The notes under the pieces are model-generated. The model was given only the letters and a program-made list of their open reading frames with translations, was not told the DNA's origin and made no database searches. A program made the translations under genes and the position numbers. From an uncultured Methanosarcinales archaeon (GTDB lineage Archaea; Nanobdellota; Nanobdellia; Woesearchaeales; DATDXC01), in the NCBI GenBank assembly GCA_964510025.1, contig CAZDZV010000002.1:62001-126000 (forward strand): a DNA stretch of 64,000 bases. The letters are read 5' to 3'. Below are positions 26,812-37,398 of the stretch, piece after piece. Positions within the stretch are counted from its first letter, which is position 1, and each line of letters opens with the position of its first letter.

Positions 26812-28539
26812 TCAAGTCTTAGCTCTATATAATCCCAGCCCCTCGCTGCTTGTGTCTATCAGCTCGAAGCCTGGGCAGTCTATGGGCACAGTATACACAT
26901 AGCTGATGTTCTCTGCCATGGATAGCCTTGTCTCGCAGCCAGAAGCCATAAACTTGTAGAAGAAATCCTTGTTCATGGATATTGTGCCTGGCTTTGTTGT
27001 TATGGGATAATTATCAGTAGCTACACCAATAACAGTGCCTTTCCATGGAAAGCTGAGAAAGACCTCGCCACTAATATTGCTGAAGATCCTCAGATCCTCC
27101 TCTGTCAGGTACCTGTTTGCAGGAGCAGCTGGCTTCAGGCTTCTTCCCTCTGGGTTTATTATTATAAGCTTTTTCCAGCTGTCTCTTCTTGTATAGCTGA
27201 AGGCTGATACAAGAAGTATAATCAAAACAGCTATCTGGAGGTATTGCAGAGCCTTGGTTTTCCTAAGAAAATCTATGGTCTCGAGGCTTCTGACAGTATA
27301 ATGGAGCCCGAAGCCCGCGACGATCACCATAGTGACAGACGTAAAGAATATGACACGCGCATATTCTATGACAAAGCGGAACGTAGCAAAGGAATATGTG
27401 AACCACATAAAAAGCCCAAAGATGGACAGCACAGCCAGCCACCTTGTTTTCCTAAATACAAAGTACAGTCCAGCTGCAAATAGCAGAAGAACAGACAAGG
27501 GTATTATGTTGAACATCGAAAGCTGGGGTATGAATTCTCCTGTGAGGTTATAGAACAGGATCTTGTTCTGCCATATGTCTGACAGCATGCCCCCATATGA
27601 GCCTTTCCAGACAAGATAGGCAAACGATATGAGGATCCCTGCGACCATCAGGATAGCTGGATAGACTGCCATCTTCTTTCTGAATTCATGGTCATTGAGG
27701 GAATAGACAAAAAACATCAGAGCCTGAAATACAACCAGCGGCGGATAAAACAGAAGCGTGATAAAAGAAAGCACAAAAAACATAGTCTCACCTATAAAAA
27801 ACCAGCTCAGGACTATTGTGATAGTGCCAAGCACTATAGGGATAAGCGTCCACATGCCCGGAAGGTTTGCCCCGTTGGTTACATACAGCAGGGAGAGGGC
27901 TGCTATTGCAGATGAAAGGCGGCTGATGCTATTATGGCGGAGAAAAAGATATATCAAAACGCAGAGCAGGACGCTTGAAAAGACAGCTATCTTGGTGTAG
28001 CCTGTCAAGGGATCTATGCCAAGCAGCAGGACTATCTCAGAGAGAAAGGAATGGAAAGGAAACTCAAAATTGATGAATGGCTCATCCTTCATCAGGGGAT
28101 TTGACATGGGGAGTGATTGCGACTCTATTGAAGACTTGATAAAAGACACAGCATACCACTCATCAGCAAAATAAGGGTAAGGATATCTCATATTTGATGC
28201 ATCTTGGTACTCTGGTTGCAGCAGTGTCTGGTAGCTCCCGGAATAGCTATAGTGGACCATGTATATGCTCAGGAAAGCTATCATGATGACAGCCACCAGA
28301 CCCCAGTCCAGCCTGATCTCGAATTTCTTGAATTTGAAGAGGATAAAAATCAGGAGGATCAGATGCACGGACAGGATAACCGGATAAGAAAAAATATGGA
28401 ACAGCTGGGTTATGAGGGCAACCGTCAGATGAAATGCTATTGCAAATGACAAAACATAAGCCAGCCTCTTCTTTCTGAAACTGCCTGACAGAAGAACAGG
28501 TGAGAAAAGAAGCAAAAGCCCCACAACCAACTTTATCAT
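26812..28539 (-). CDS. Polytopic membrane protein, possible GT-C glycosyltransferase
   Basis: About 13 TM segments; ADEWY acidic motif in an early loop; borders the glycan cluster. Confidence 0.55.
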   Translation of the reverse strand: MIKLVVGLLLLFSPVLLSGSFRKKRLAYVLSFAIAFHLTVALITQLFHIFSYPVILSVHLILLIFILFKFKKFEIRLDWGLVAVIMIAFLSIYMVHYSYSGSYQTLLQPEYQDASNMRYPYPYFADEWYAVSFIKSSIESQSLPMSNPLMKDEPFINFEFPFHSFLSEIVLLLGIDPLTGYTKIAVFSSVLLCVLIYLFLRHNSISRLSSAIAALSLLYVTNGANLPGMWTLIPIVLGTITIVLSWFFIGETMFFVLSFITLLFYPPLVVFQALMFFVYSLNDHEFRKKMAVYPAILMVAGILISFAYLVWKGSYGGMLSDIWQNKILFYNLTGEFIPQLSMFNIIPLSVLLLFAAGLYFVFRKTRWLAVLSIFGLFMWFTYSFATFRFVIEYARVIFFTSVTMVIVAGFGLHYTVRSLETIDFLRKTKALQYLQIAVLIILLVSAFSYTRRDSWKKLIIINPEGRSLKPAAPANRYLTEEDLRIFSNISGEVFLSFPWKGTVIGVATDNYPITTKPGTISMNKDFFYKFMASGCETRLSMAENISYVYTVPIDCPGFELIDTSSEGLGLYRAKT

Positions 28540-28593
28540 TTTCTATCATGTAGAATCACAATTTATTTAAATTTAATGTAAATAGATAAAACT

Positions 28594-29349
28594 ATGGAGC
28601 TGGCGAGAGTCCTTAAGCTTAGTTTTCCCCTAGCAGTAGCTCAGTTCAAGCTAAAGAACGAGGGGAGCTATCTGGGCATTATATGGTACCTCCTTAACCC
28701 GCTGCTCCTTTTCATGCTTCTTATCTTGGTTTTCGGGGACAGGCTTGGGACAGGCATCCAGGATTACCCGTTGTACCTGCTTATAGGCATAATAGCCTTC
28801 AATTTTTTCCAAAGAACGACAACAGAAGCGACAAGGATAGTCCATGAAAATGCGCATCTTATCAAATCCATAAACTTTCCAAGGGCTGCTTTGGCTGGCA
28901 GCATTATCCTGAAGACGCTTTTCCAGCACATGTTTGAGGTCATTGTCCTGGGGGCCCTCATGCTGTATTTTGGGGTCCCTGTGTTCAGACTATTGTTCTA
29001 CCTGCCTGTCCTTCTGGTGCTGATTGCCTTCAGCTTCGGGGTATGCCTGTGCTTTTCTGCTATTGCTGTATATTTTCCTGATCTTGAGAACATATGGCTG
29101 TTTGCTTCGAGGCTGCTATGGTTCGCTACCCCCATATTCTATGATATAGGGGGGCAGGGAAGACTGTTTTTTTTGAACCTGTTCAATCCGCTTTACTACA
29201 TGATAAGGGCCTCAAGAGAGCTGATAATCTATGGCACCAGGCCGAGCAGCTGGGTCCTGGCAGGCGCTTTGGTTTACGCCCTGGCAGGAATCGTCATCGG
29301 AACATCCATCTTCAACCTGCTCAAGAGGAAACTGGCTGAACTGATATGA
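28594..29349 (+). CDS. wzm: ABC-2 polysaccharide exporter permease
   Basis: SYLGIIWYLLNPL, FATPIFY, NPLYYMI..R. Confidence 0.88.
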   Translation: MELARVLKLSFPLAVAQFKLKNEGSYLGIIWYLLNPLLLFMLLILVFGDRLGTGIQDYPLYLLIGIIAFNFFQRTTTEATRIVHENAHLIKSINFPRAALAGSIILKTLFQHMFEVIVLGALMLYFGVPVFRLLFYLPVLLVLIAFSFGVCLCFSAIAVYFPDLENIWLFASRLLWFATPIFYDIGGQGRLFFLNLFNPLYYMIRASRELIIYGTRPSSWVLAGALVYALAGIVIGTSIFNLLKRKLAELI

Positions 29350-30053
29350 AAAGGATCATACTAAAGGGAATATCAAAAAGGTTCCGGATAGGCTATAGAA
29401 AAAGGCTCGGGACCCTGGCAAGAATCCTATCAGTGGTTTCAGGCAAAGAACCGAGAAAGAGCTTCTGGGCGTTAAGGGATATATCCGCAACTGTCAGCTC
29501 AGGAGAGATAGTCGGCATAGTTGGGGCGAACGGGTCAGGAAAAAGCACCTTATTGAGGATCATTGCGGGCATCTATAGGCCGGATTCCGGATCAGTCACA
29601 ACTAAAGGCAAGATAATATCGCTCATAAACCTCAGGATAGGCCTGCAGCCCAGGCTCAGCATGAGAGACAATATCTATCTTTGCTGCGCCTTGTTCGGCA
29701 GCAAACCCAGGCTTGACAGCATTGTGCGGTTCTCTGAGCTTCATGATTTCGTAGACACCAAGGTGTATCAGTTCTCTGACGGGATGATGGAAAAGCTGGC
29801 TTTTGCGATAGCGGTCCATTGCGGCCCTGAAATCCTGCTCTTAGATGAGGTTTTTGCAGTGGGGGATAAGAGATTCAGGAAAAAAAGCGTAAGAAAGATA
29901 AAGGATATGGTGAAGGCCGGGGCATCTGTTGTTTTTGTAAGCCATGAGCTGGAAATTGTCAAGGCCTATTGCAATAAGGCAATATGGCTTGAAAAAGGAA
30001 ATATGCGTAAAATCGGGAATACAAAAGAAATCCTCAGAGAATATGTCAGCTGA
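29346..30053 (+). CDS. wzt: Polysaccharide ABC exporter ATPase, no C-terminal CBM
   Basis: FWALRDIS, GANGSGKST, FSDGM, LLLDEVFAVGD, VSH. Confidence 0.9.
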   Translation: MKRIILKGISKRFRIGYRKRLGTLARILSVVSGKEPRKSFWALRDISATVSSGEIVGIVGANGSGKSTLLRIIAGIYRPDSGSVTTKGKIISLINLRIGLQPRLSMRDNIYLCCALFGSKPRLDSIVRFSELHDFVDTKVYQFSDGMMEKLAFAIAVHCGPEILLLDEVFAVGDKRFRKKSVRKIKDMVKAGASVVFVSHELEIVKAYCNKAIWLEKGNMRKIGNTKEILREYVS

Positions 30054-30873
30054 CCGAATATTTCTTTACCATCCTGACAGGGGAATAGCTCTTCTTTGCT
30101 TTTCTTATTCCAGGTATGCCAAGATCCTGCTCCCTGTTCAGGAAACTATAGTCTTCAGGAACTGCCCTGACGAATTCCCTTAGCAGGTACTGATATATGC
30201 CTTTGTACCTTGTATCGCCCTTTTCAAAATGCTCCACGAATGTATTGTCGTTAAGATGCTCTCCAACTGCAAATCCGGCTACATTATCGTCTATTATTAT
30301 GCATACTCCGCACAGGCTGAATTCCTGGAAATGGCTTAAAGCTGTGGTTATCGCCTCATTCTCATGGCTTAGTGCCTTTTTCTGCTCACAGCTCCTCAGG
30401 CTGCACCATTTTTTCTGCAGCTCAAAGAACTTGTGAACATTGTCCTGGTTAAGCCTGCATACCTCCGGGCCGTACTGCATGCACTGCTTTGCAAGGTTTC
30501 TCTTTGCTTCAAACTTGTTTCCCTTAAGCTCCTGTAGTTCCTTTATGGAATAGACATAGTCGAAATTGTCCCGGTCTTCCTCAGCCTTAAACCTATCTGC
30601 TGCCTTATGCACCCTTTCGAACTTTGCACCGGCAACCTTATCCAAAATGATTTCCATTATGGCTGCCGGATCATCGCCTATAGGCTCATAGAAGCTATTT
30701 TTTCCAAACCTTACAACAATATGGTTCTTTATCTCTGCAAAGCTGTGCTGTTTAGGCTTTGCCCACGAAAAAAGATTAGTGAAGGTAAATTCTGATATCT
30801 CTGGCTGGAATTCTTTTAGATACCTATCAAAAATGTCCTTATCTTGCAGCTTTATTTCCCTAAAGTCCATCAT
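30046..30873 (-). CDS. DUF2156 / aminoacyl-phosphatidylglycerol synthase-like GNAT domain protein
   Basis: SEFTFTNLFSW, DYVY, HFEKGD..YKGIYQ, NREQDLGIPGIRKAKKSY.P. Confidence 0.85.
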   Translation of the reverse strand: MMDFREIKLQDKDIFDRYLKEFQPEISEFTFTNLFSWAKPKQHSFAEIKNHIVVRFGKNSFYEPIGDDPAAIMEIILDKVAGAKFERVHKAADRFKAEEDRDNFDYVYSIKELQELKGNKFEAKRNLAKQCMQYGPEVCRLNQDNVHKFFELQKKWCSLRSCEQKKALSHENEAITTALSHFQEFSLCGVCIIIDDNVAGFAVGEHLNDNTFVEHFEKGDTRYKGIYQYLLREFVRAVPEDYSFLNREQDLGIPGIRKAKKSYSPVRMVKKYSVS

Positions 30874-30939
30874 ATCAGGCAGGCCAGCTGCCTTTATATA
30901 GCTTTAGGAAAGCTTATAAGGGAAGCTGCTTCACAAAAA

Positions 30940-32295
30940 ATGATGGACAAGGTCAAGGAGTTTGCAAAGGACCCCAGAAAGGCGCTGTTCACCCTGGCAA
31001 TACCTGTGGTGATAGCCACTGTGGTGCAGACCCTGTATAATATAGTGGATACTGCATTCGTCGGAAGGCTAGGGGCAGATGCATTGGCGGCGATAACATT
31101 TTCATGGCCTCTCTTCTTCATCCTGATAGCCATCAACTCTGGTATCAACACAGGCATGTCTTCTAGGATATCAAGATTTCTGGGAAACAGGCAAAAAAGG
31201 GAAGCAGAAAATGCAGCTATGCACGGTCTTCTGGTTTCAGTAGGCTTTGCACTGATGGTAAGCGTCTTCGGAATCATCTTTCTTGATGAACTATTCATGC
31301 TTTTCGGGGCTGAAGGCGAGGTCAAGGCGCTAGCCATGCAGTACATGTCGATCATCCTGGTGGGGGTTGTCTTCATGTTTACTGCTTATGTCCTTAATGG
31401 AATATTTGCAGCGCAGGGCAATACCAGGACGCCGATGAAGATACAGATTGTCACAGTGGCGCTGAACGGAATCCTTGATCCGATATTTATCTTTGCCTTC
31501 CATATGGGCATAAGGGGAGCAGCCCTCGCCACAGCTATCGCCTTCTTCATAGGTCTGGTGTGGTTTATGGCGGCTATACGCAGGAAATCTTACCTTCAGA
31601 TAAGGCTGAAGAACTTCAATTTTTCTCCTGACATCCTTAGGGATATAATAAAGGTAGGGATGCCCGCCACCCTGATGATGCTCCTGATATCCATATATGT
31701 AATTTTCCTAAACCGGTTCATGGTTTATTTCAGCAATATGCATGTAGCTGCCTTTGGCATGGCTACCCGGCTGGAGAGCGTGGCAATGCTGCCCATAGTC
31801 GGATTTTCAGTCGGACTGTTGACCCTGGTGGGCATGTTCTATGGCGCCAAAAAATATGATCTTCTGAAGGATATAAGCTGGTTTGGTCTTAAGATAGGCC
31901 TGCTGATAACAGCTATAGCGGGCACAGTCTTCTTCATAGTTCCGGAGATGTTGCTGAGGATATTCACGGCAGATGAGCAGCTGCTAATGCTAGCGGTGCC
32001 GTACCTCAGGATAGATGTGTTCACATTTCCGCTCATGGCAGCAAGCATGATGATTAGCAGGATCCTTCAGGCGATGGGCTATGGGCTGCCTGGATTGATC
32101 ATCAATACGGTGAGGATATTTGTAGTTGCTGTACCTCTGGCATATGTCTTTGTGTTTGCCCTAGGGCTCAATTACCTTTCTGTTGCATTGGCAATGGTGC
32201 TGGGGGGCATCCTGGCAACAGCTGTCGGCATGGTATGGCTATTGTACACCTTCAGAAAGGTGCCATCTAAGGTACCATCTCCAAAAAAGAAATAG
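30940..32295 (+). CDS. MATE family efflux transporter (start revised to 30940)
   Basis: LYNIVDTAFVGRLG, GNTRTPM, ILDPIFI, GIRGAALAT; about 12 TM segments. Confidence 0.92.
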   Translation: MMDKVKEFAKDPRKALFTLAIPVVIATVVQTLYNIVDTAFVGRLGADALAAITFSWPLFFILIAINSGINTGMSSRISRFLGNRQKREAENAAMHGLLVSVGFALMVSVFGIIFLDELFMLFGAEGEVKALAMQYMSIILVGVVFMFTAYVLNGIFAAQGNTRTPMKIQIVTVALNGILDPIFIFAFHMGIRGAALATAIAFFIGLVWFMAAIRRKSYLQIRLKNFNFSPDILRDIIKVGMPATLMMLLISIYVIFLNRFMVYFSNMHVAAFGMATRLESVAMLPIVGFSVGLLTLVGMFYGAKKYDLLKDISWFGLKIGLLITAIAGTVFFIVPEMLLRIFTADEQLLMLAVPYLRIDVFTFPLMAASMMISRILQAMGYGLPGLIINTVRIFVVAVPLAYVFVFALGLNYLSVALAMVLGGILATAVGMVWLLYTFRKVPSKVPSPKKK

Positions 32296-33975
32296 GCGCA
32301 TCCTGTAGTTGTCAGAAAGCTTGTCATTGCCCTTAAGGTTGGCATAATAACTATACCATCCATCACTTATAACCTTGTCCTTGTAAAGCCTGTGCAAACC
32401 TTGCTTTAAGTCATATTTCTGTATCTTGTCAGCAAAAGGGGAGGTAAATCCCTTTTTCCTCGTTTTCAGGATTTTTTTCGGAAGAATCTGCCCATATATT
32501 TTCTTCATGTCCGGTTTTGTCACAAAGATGCCTGGAACTTCGGTTTCTGACTCAACCAGCCTGTGATCCAGGAATGGGCATCTGACCTCCAGAGAAAATG
32601 CCATCGATGTCCTGTCAACTTTTGCGAGAAAGTTGTCAGCCAGGGTGCCGTATAGTATGTCATATTTGATCATGGCCTCTGTCAGATTATCAGAGGTCTT
32701 GAGGGCAGACCTAAGTTTTTCATCTGCCCATTTCCTGAATGCAGGAGAGAGATAGGCCAGTCCAGCATCTTTTTCTGCCAAATATCTTGACCTGGGCAGA
32801 AGGCTTAACCTAACTATCTCCCTGAGGTCCCAGAGGAAAGGTATGCGCCTTTTTGGGAGCAGCCTGTAGATCAGTTTTCTTATCAAGGCTGGAAAGCTCT
32901 TTGCAAACTCTACCCTGGCTGCATGCATATAGTGCAGATAGCCGCCAAATACCTCGTCTCCTCCGTCGCCGCTGAGCACAACAGTTGCTTTTTTCCTCGC
33001 CAGTCGGGAAAGCTGGAAAGCTGGGAACGCCCCAGCAGAAGCATATGGCTCATCAAAGTGATATGTATATAGGCCTATATCCGCATCATCCAGCGTGAAG
33101 CATTGCATGGTGTTGCTGCTAGGATATTTTCCTGATATCAGCCTTATATTCGCTGATTCATCATAGTCGCCTTCAAAAGCTATGGAAAAGGTCTTTTCCA
33201 GTCCTGTCACCGCCAGTATAGTAGCGCTGTCCAGTCCGCCTGACAAGAACAAGCCTACAGGAACGTCTGCCACCAGCCTTTTTTTGCAGGAATCCTCAAT
33301 CAGTGAAGCAATGTCTGCTTTTCTTGAAGCTAAAGAATAGTACCTGTGCTTATCCAGTTTCTTGGTTTTCAGGTCAAAGACCAGAGAATGCGCAGGCTCC
33401 AGCTTATGCATATTTTTGTATATGGAGTATGGGCTTGGGATAAAGCCCAGATTGAAATAAAGGTCTACTGCGTCCCTGTTAAATTCCCTGTTTACCTCAT
33501 GCCTCAGGATAGACTTAAGCTCAGATGAGAAGATAAAGCTGCTTCCATCGAAATAATAGAACAGCGGCTTTTGGCCAAACCGATCTCTTGACAGGAATAA
33601 TTTTTCACCATCATAGATGCAGAAAGACCACATTCCGTTGAATCTTCTTACACATTGGGCCCCCCACTGATCATAAGCATGGAGGATAACCTCTGTATCT
33701 GATCTTGAGATGAATTTATGCCCCTTTTTTTCAAGTTCAGACCTTATCTCCCAGAAATTATATATCTCTCCGTTGTAGACTATGCACTTGCCGTTATAAT
33801 GCATTGGCTGGGATGCTCTTCCACTAAGGTCTATGACAGCCAACCTAGTATGGCCAAGGCTGATATTTGCATCAGCATAGCATCCAGAAGAATCTGGCCC
33901 GCGATGCTTAAGGCAATTGTTCATCTCCTTTACCAGAGCCTTATCCTTCCAGTTAAATCCGTTTATCCCGCACAT
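32239..33975 (-). CDS. asnB: Asparagine synthase (glutamine-hydrolysing)-like amidotransferase
   Basis: MCGI, HRGPD, YNGEIYN, LSGGLDS, SGDGGDEVFGGY, EVRCPFLD. Confidence 0.92.
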   Translation of the reverse strand: MCGINGFNWKDKALVKEMNNCLKHRGPDSSGCYADANISLGHTRLAVIDLSGRASQPMHYNGKCIVYNGEIYNFWEIRSELEKKGHKFISRSDTEVILHAYDQWGAQCVRRFNGMWSFCIYDGEKLFLSRDRFGQKPLFYYFDGSSFIFSSELKSILRHEVNREFNRDAVDLYFNLGFIPSPYSIYKNMHKLEPAHSLVFDLKTKKLDKHRYYSLASRKADIASLIEDSCKKRLVADVPVGLFLSGGLDSATILAVTGLEKTFSIAFEGDYDESANIRLISGKYPSSNTMQCFTLDDADIGLYTYHFDEPYASAGAFPAFQLSRLARKKATVVLSGDGGDEVFGGYLHYMHAARVEFAKSFPALIRKLIYRLLPKRRIPFLWDLREIVRLSLLPRSRYLAEKDAGLAYLSPAFRKWADEKLRSALKTSDNLTEAMIKYDILYGTLADNFLAKVDRTSMAFSLEVRCPFLDHRLVESETEVPGIFVTKPDMKKIYGQILPKKILKTRKKGFTSPFADKIQKYDLKQGLHRLYKDKVISDGWYSYYANLKGNDKLSDNYRMRLFLFWRWYLRWHLSEGVQ

Positions 33976-34795
33976 ATCCGCTTACTACCCCTGCCCTCCA
34001 TGAGATCCCTGCCACAAAATCATAATATGCCTGTCCAGGCCCTTTCTTTACAAATGTGCCAATAATGCCTGGAAAGAACCTGAAAAAAGAACCTGCAGTC
34101 TGAGAGGTCTGATCGAAGAAATCTGTTTTTTTTAGGTAGCTACAGTATTTTTTTGATATGAATACTGTCCATCTGGCCCTGCAATACTGCTTTTTCATGA
34201 GTGCAATAGCAGACTCTGGATGAAAATGACTCACCTTGACATCCACATATCCAACCTTTATGTTGTTCCTGGCAAGCCTGACAGAAAGGTCTGTATCATT
34301 TCCGCTAGGCAGGGTCCTGTCTGTAAAGCCTATACTCCTGAGAACTGATTTTCTTATGCCAAAATTTTTCGTGTCGATGCTGCCTACAACCTTTTGTCCT
34401 GGGAATTTTTTCCTGTGTTCGAGATCCCGACAACGGCTCCAGAAACCATCCAGAGCTGGCTGTTCAGAACCCTGCACTGCCCTGTATTTTTTTAGGTGCC
34501 TGGCCATAGAAGCGATCCAGCCCTTAGGCACGATACAGTCTGAGTCTGTCATCAGTATTATGCTTCCTGCTGATTCCATCTCTCCTGCATGTCGTGCTGC
34601 CCCTCTTACAATCTCAGGCTCAAAAAAATATTTTACATCGAATTTCCTGATGATCTCTTTGCTTCTGTCTGTGCTGTTGTTGTCTACTACGATCACCTCA
34701 TAATCCTTGTAGGTCTGGTCAGTGACAGATCTTAGACATCTAGGCAAAGTCTTTTCGCTGTTTCTGACAGGTATTACAACCGAGACCTTTTGCAT
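33953..34795 (-). CDS. Glycosyltransferase family 2
   Basis: SVVIPVRN, VVDNNSTD, TDSD. Confidence 0.9.
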   Translation of the reverse strand: MQKVSVVIPVRNSEKTLPRCLRSVTDQTYKDYEVIVVDNNSTDRSKEIIRKFDVKYFFEPEIVRGAARHAGEMESAGSIILMTDSDCIVPKGWIASMARHLKKYRAVQGSEQPALDGFWSRCRDLEHRKKFPGQKVVGSIDTKNFGIRKSVLRSIGFTDRTLPSGNDTDLSVRLARNNIKVGYVDVKVSHFHPESAIALMKKQYCRARWTVFISKKYCSYLKKTDFFDQTSQTAGSFFRFFPGIIGTFVKKGPGQAYYDFVAGISWRAGVVSGYVRDKRI

Positions 34796-36303
34796 TCTTC
34801 ACACCCAGCTTTCTTTAGGACAAGCTTTCTTGCTGCCTGCATCTTCTTGCTGCTGTAGACAGCCCAGAACCCTTCCTTGAATACGTTGCCGAAGCTGTAG
34901 GATTCATCATGAAGCTCGCAGCATCCAAGCATTTTGCCATTGTAGTTAATCACGGGCATATGCCACAGCTGGCAGCAGTTGTCTTTATTATGATTTCTCC
35001 AATCCTGCTTTACCATAAACTCCATTCCCAGCTCCTGAGCCATCTGCCTTGCTTGCTGAAGCTCGTGCTTGTTGTGCTCGAATACAACAAACTGCCATCT
35101 CAGCTTTGGCCTTTCATATCTCCTGATTTCACGAACAACAGATATCACCTTATTGAAATCTCCGCCGACCCTGTACTTAGAATATGTCTTCTGTGATGCC
35201 CCATCTATGCTTACTGTAAGCTCCTGCATACCTGAAGTGACTAATCTGGCCACCATCTTTTTGCTGAAGCAATTAAGCGTTGAATCAGCGCATACCTTGA
35301 TGCCTTTGCCTGCTGCATAGCTGATTATCCTGAATATTTCTGGATTGAGGAATGGCTCTCCAAAATTAGAAAGCTGTATCTTTTCTATAAATGGGTTCTT
35401 GTCTATGAAATTTCTGAAGTCAGAAAAGCGAAGAAATCCTTTTGATAATCCTTTTTTTTTCTGGCCTGTGGGGCAGGCAGGGCATCTCAGGTTGCAGCGG
35501 GTGCTGGCTTCGATACACACAGAATTGGGCATAGGAAATGCATATGGCAACTTAAACATGTATACTAGCCAGAATAGCTTTTTGTTTATTTGCCTGATCA
35601 AGGTCCTTTTGAAGCCTGAAGTGTTTGCGCAGCACATCTTTTCTTGGAGATACTGATGCAGCCTGCTCGCCGGACTTATCATTTTATGTGCATAGGCATA
35701 TCCGTACTTTTCCATCATGCTGTGGGCAGCTGCCTCAACAAATTTTGTGTTTTGGTTTTTTTTCCATTTTCTGTTCACAGTAAATCCCCTGGCAATCAGG
35801 TCCTGGTTGTGCAAAGGAGACCTGTCATAGTCAAGCATCTTTGCTGAATATTTAAGTCCAAGAAAGCTGGATAAAAGCTTCAGCTCCATTTCAGGCTCTC
35901 TTGTAAGGTCTTCATATCTAAGCTCGTAACAGCTGGGCAATGAGGATATAAGCTGTGCTACATGCTCCCATGACCTCCCTGCATAGAAGGGTGTTTTCGG
36001 CAGATATTGCTGCTGCTGCAGAGAATGGTAAACATCTCTTGGGTCCCTGATGATATGGACCACATAGGCATCTGGAAATTCTGCCCTTATCATCTGGACG
36101 TTCTTTTCTATATCCTGGTTCACCTTTACGGCAGCTATCTGTCTGTCAGTGGAATTTTGCAGCAGCTCTCTCGCATCGGGGAAAAATGGAAGACAGTTGC
36201 ACTCGTCATTGAGGAAGCTGATTGAAGGGTGAGCATCCAGGGCCCTGGCAAGAAGCGTTGTTCCGGATCTTGGATGTCCCATCAAAAATAGTGTCTTTTT
36301 CAT
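34774..36303 (-). CDS. Sulfotransferase fused to a radical SAM/SPASM-like domain
   Basis: GHPRSGTTLL, RDPRDV..S, YEDL...P; then CNLRCPAC, GEPFL, SIDG, and CCQLW...GCC...CEEC. Confidence 0.85.
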   Translation of the reverse strand: MKKTLFLMGHPRSGTTLLARALDAHPSISFLNDECNCLPFFPDARELLQNSTDRQIAAVKVNQDIEKNVQMIRAEFPDAYVVHIIRDPRDVYHSLQQQQYLPKTPFYAGRSWEHVAQLISSLPSCYELRYEDLTREPEMELKLLSSFLGLKYSAKMLDYDRSPLHNQDLIARGFTVNRKWKKNQNTKFVEAAAHSMMEKYGYAYAHKMISPASRLHQYLQEKMCCANTSGFKRTLIRQINKKLFWLVYMFKLPYAFPMPNSVCIEASTRCNLRCPACPTGQKKKGLSKGFLRFSDFRNFIDKNPFIEKIQLSNFGEPFLNPEIFRIISYAAGKGIKVCADSTLNCFSKKMVARLVTSGMQELTVSIDGASQKTYSKYRVGGDFNKVISVVREIRRYERPKLRWQFVVFEHNKHELQQARQMAQELGMEFMVKQDWRNHNKDNCCQLWHMPVINYNGKMLGCCELHDESYSFGNVFKEGFWAVYSSKKMQAARKLVLKKAGCEECKRSRL

Positions 36304-37367
36304 CTGGTAAGTTTTCTAATTTCTTTCAAAAATACGGCTGTATCAAATTTTTTTGCCTGCCTGATGCAATCCTCTTTATAGGATCCTGAATCAGTGATGC
36401 TTTTTACAGCCTTTGCCAGTTTATTGTGGTCGATATTATCAATCAAAACACCTGTCTTGCTGCTTATTGTCTCTTTGTATCCACCCTGATCAGGGGCTAT
36501 GACAGGCTTGCCAGATGCCATGGCCTCAACAGCTGTCATTCCGAAATCCTCATCCAGCGAGGTAGTGACAAAGCCTTTGCAATGTGCATACAGCTCTACC
36601 AATGTTTCCTGGCTTACCCAGCTTACTATCCTGACGTTCTTTGGTTTGATGCTCTTTATGTATTCTGCATATTTGCGGAAATGTGTTGATTGTTCATAGC
36701 TGCCGACTATAACAAGCTTTTCATCTTTAAGCTGATTAAAAGCCCTCATCTGCATATCCACCCTTTTATGGGTTATCAGCCGGTTTACAGACAGCCAGTA
36801 TCCTTTCTCTTTGCTGTGATGAAATCTTGAAGTTTCTACAGGAGGGTATATAACCTTGGCGTCCTTATCCAGATATTTTCTTATCCTTTTTTTTGTGTTT
36901 TCCGAATTGCATGCTATTTGATTGACGTGCTTTGCATATCTCCTGTTAAGATACCTATTATAGCTGACCCATGCATCAAATACCGGCCTTGCCAGCATTG
37001 GCACATTATGCTGCCGCGTATATGAATATAGGTCCCATATCTCCCGTATCGGAGAATGTACATACCAAAGATTGGGCTTGTTGTTTACAGCTGCTGACAT
37101 GGCCCAGTCGCCGCCGACAATATAGAAATCATAATCCAGTTTAAGTTTCCTGAATCTTATGAGGGCTAGCTGCTGCCTTAAAGGCGCGTTCAGGGGTATT
37201 TTTCCGATAGTGCGTATCCTTACATCTGAATAACCCATCTTCTGGATCTTACCGAGCGAGAAATTTGTGGTGTAAAGGTCTGCCTTGAGATTCTCCGCAA
37301 GGACCAGAGCGACTTTCTCAGCTCCGCCGATATTATCCATATAGTTGTGAAGTACAGCTATCTTCAT
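36300..37367 (-). CDS. Glycosyltransferase family 4 (start revised to 37367)
   Basis: GGAEKV, VIYPPV, EDFGMTAVEAMASGKPVI. Confidence 0.92.
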   Translation of the reverse strand: MKIAVLHNYMDNIGGAEKVALVLAENLKADLYTTNFSLGKIQKMGYSDVRIRTIGKIPLNAPLRQQLALIRFRKLKLDYDFYIVGGDWAMSAAVNNKPNLWYVHSPIREIWDLYSYTRQHNVPMLARPVFDAWVSYNRYLNRRYAKHVNQIACNSENTKKRIRKYLDKDAKVIYPPVETSRFHHSKEKGYWLSVNRLITHKRVDMQMRAFNQLKDEKLVIVGSYEQSTHFRKYAEYIKSIKPKNVRIVSWVSQETLVELYAHCKGFVTTSLDEDFGMTAVEAMASGKPVIAPDQGGYKETISSKTGVLIDNIDHNKLAKAVKSITDSGSYKEDCIRQAKKFDTAVFLKEIRKLTR

Positions 37368-37398
37368 GCACACACAAATACTAGAGAGATATAAAAAG

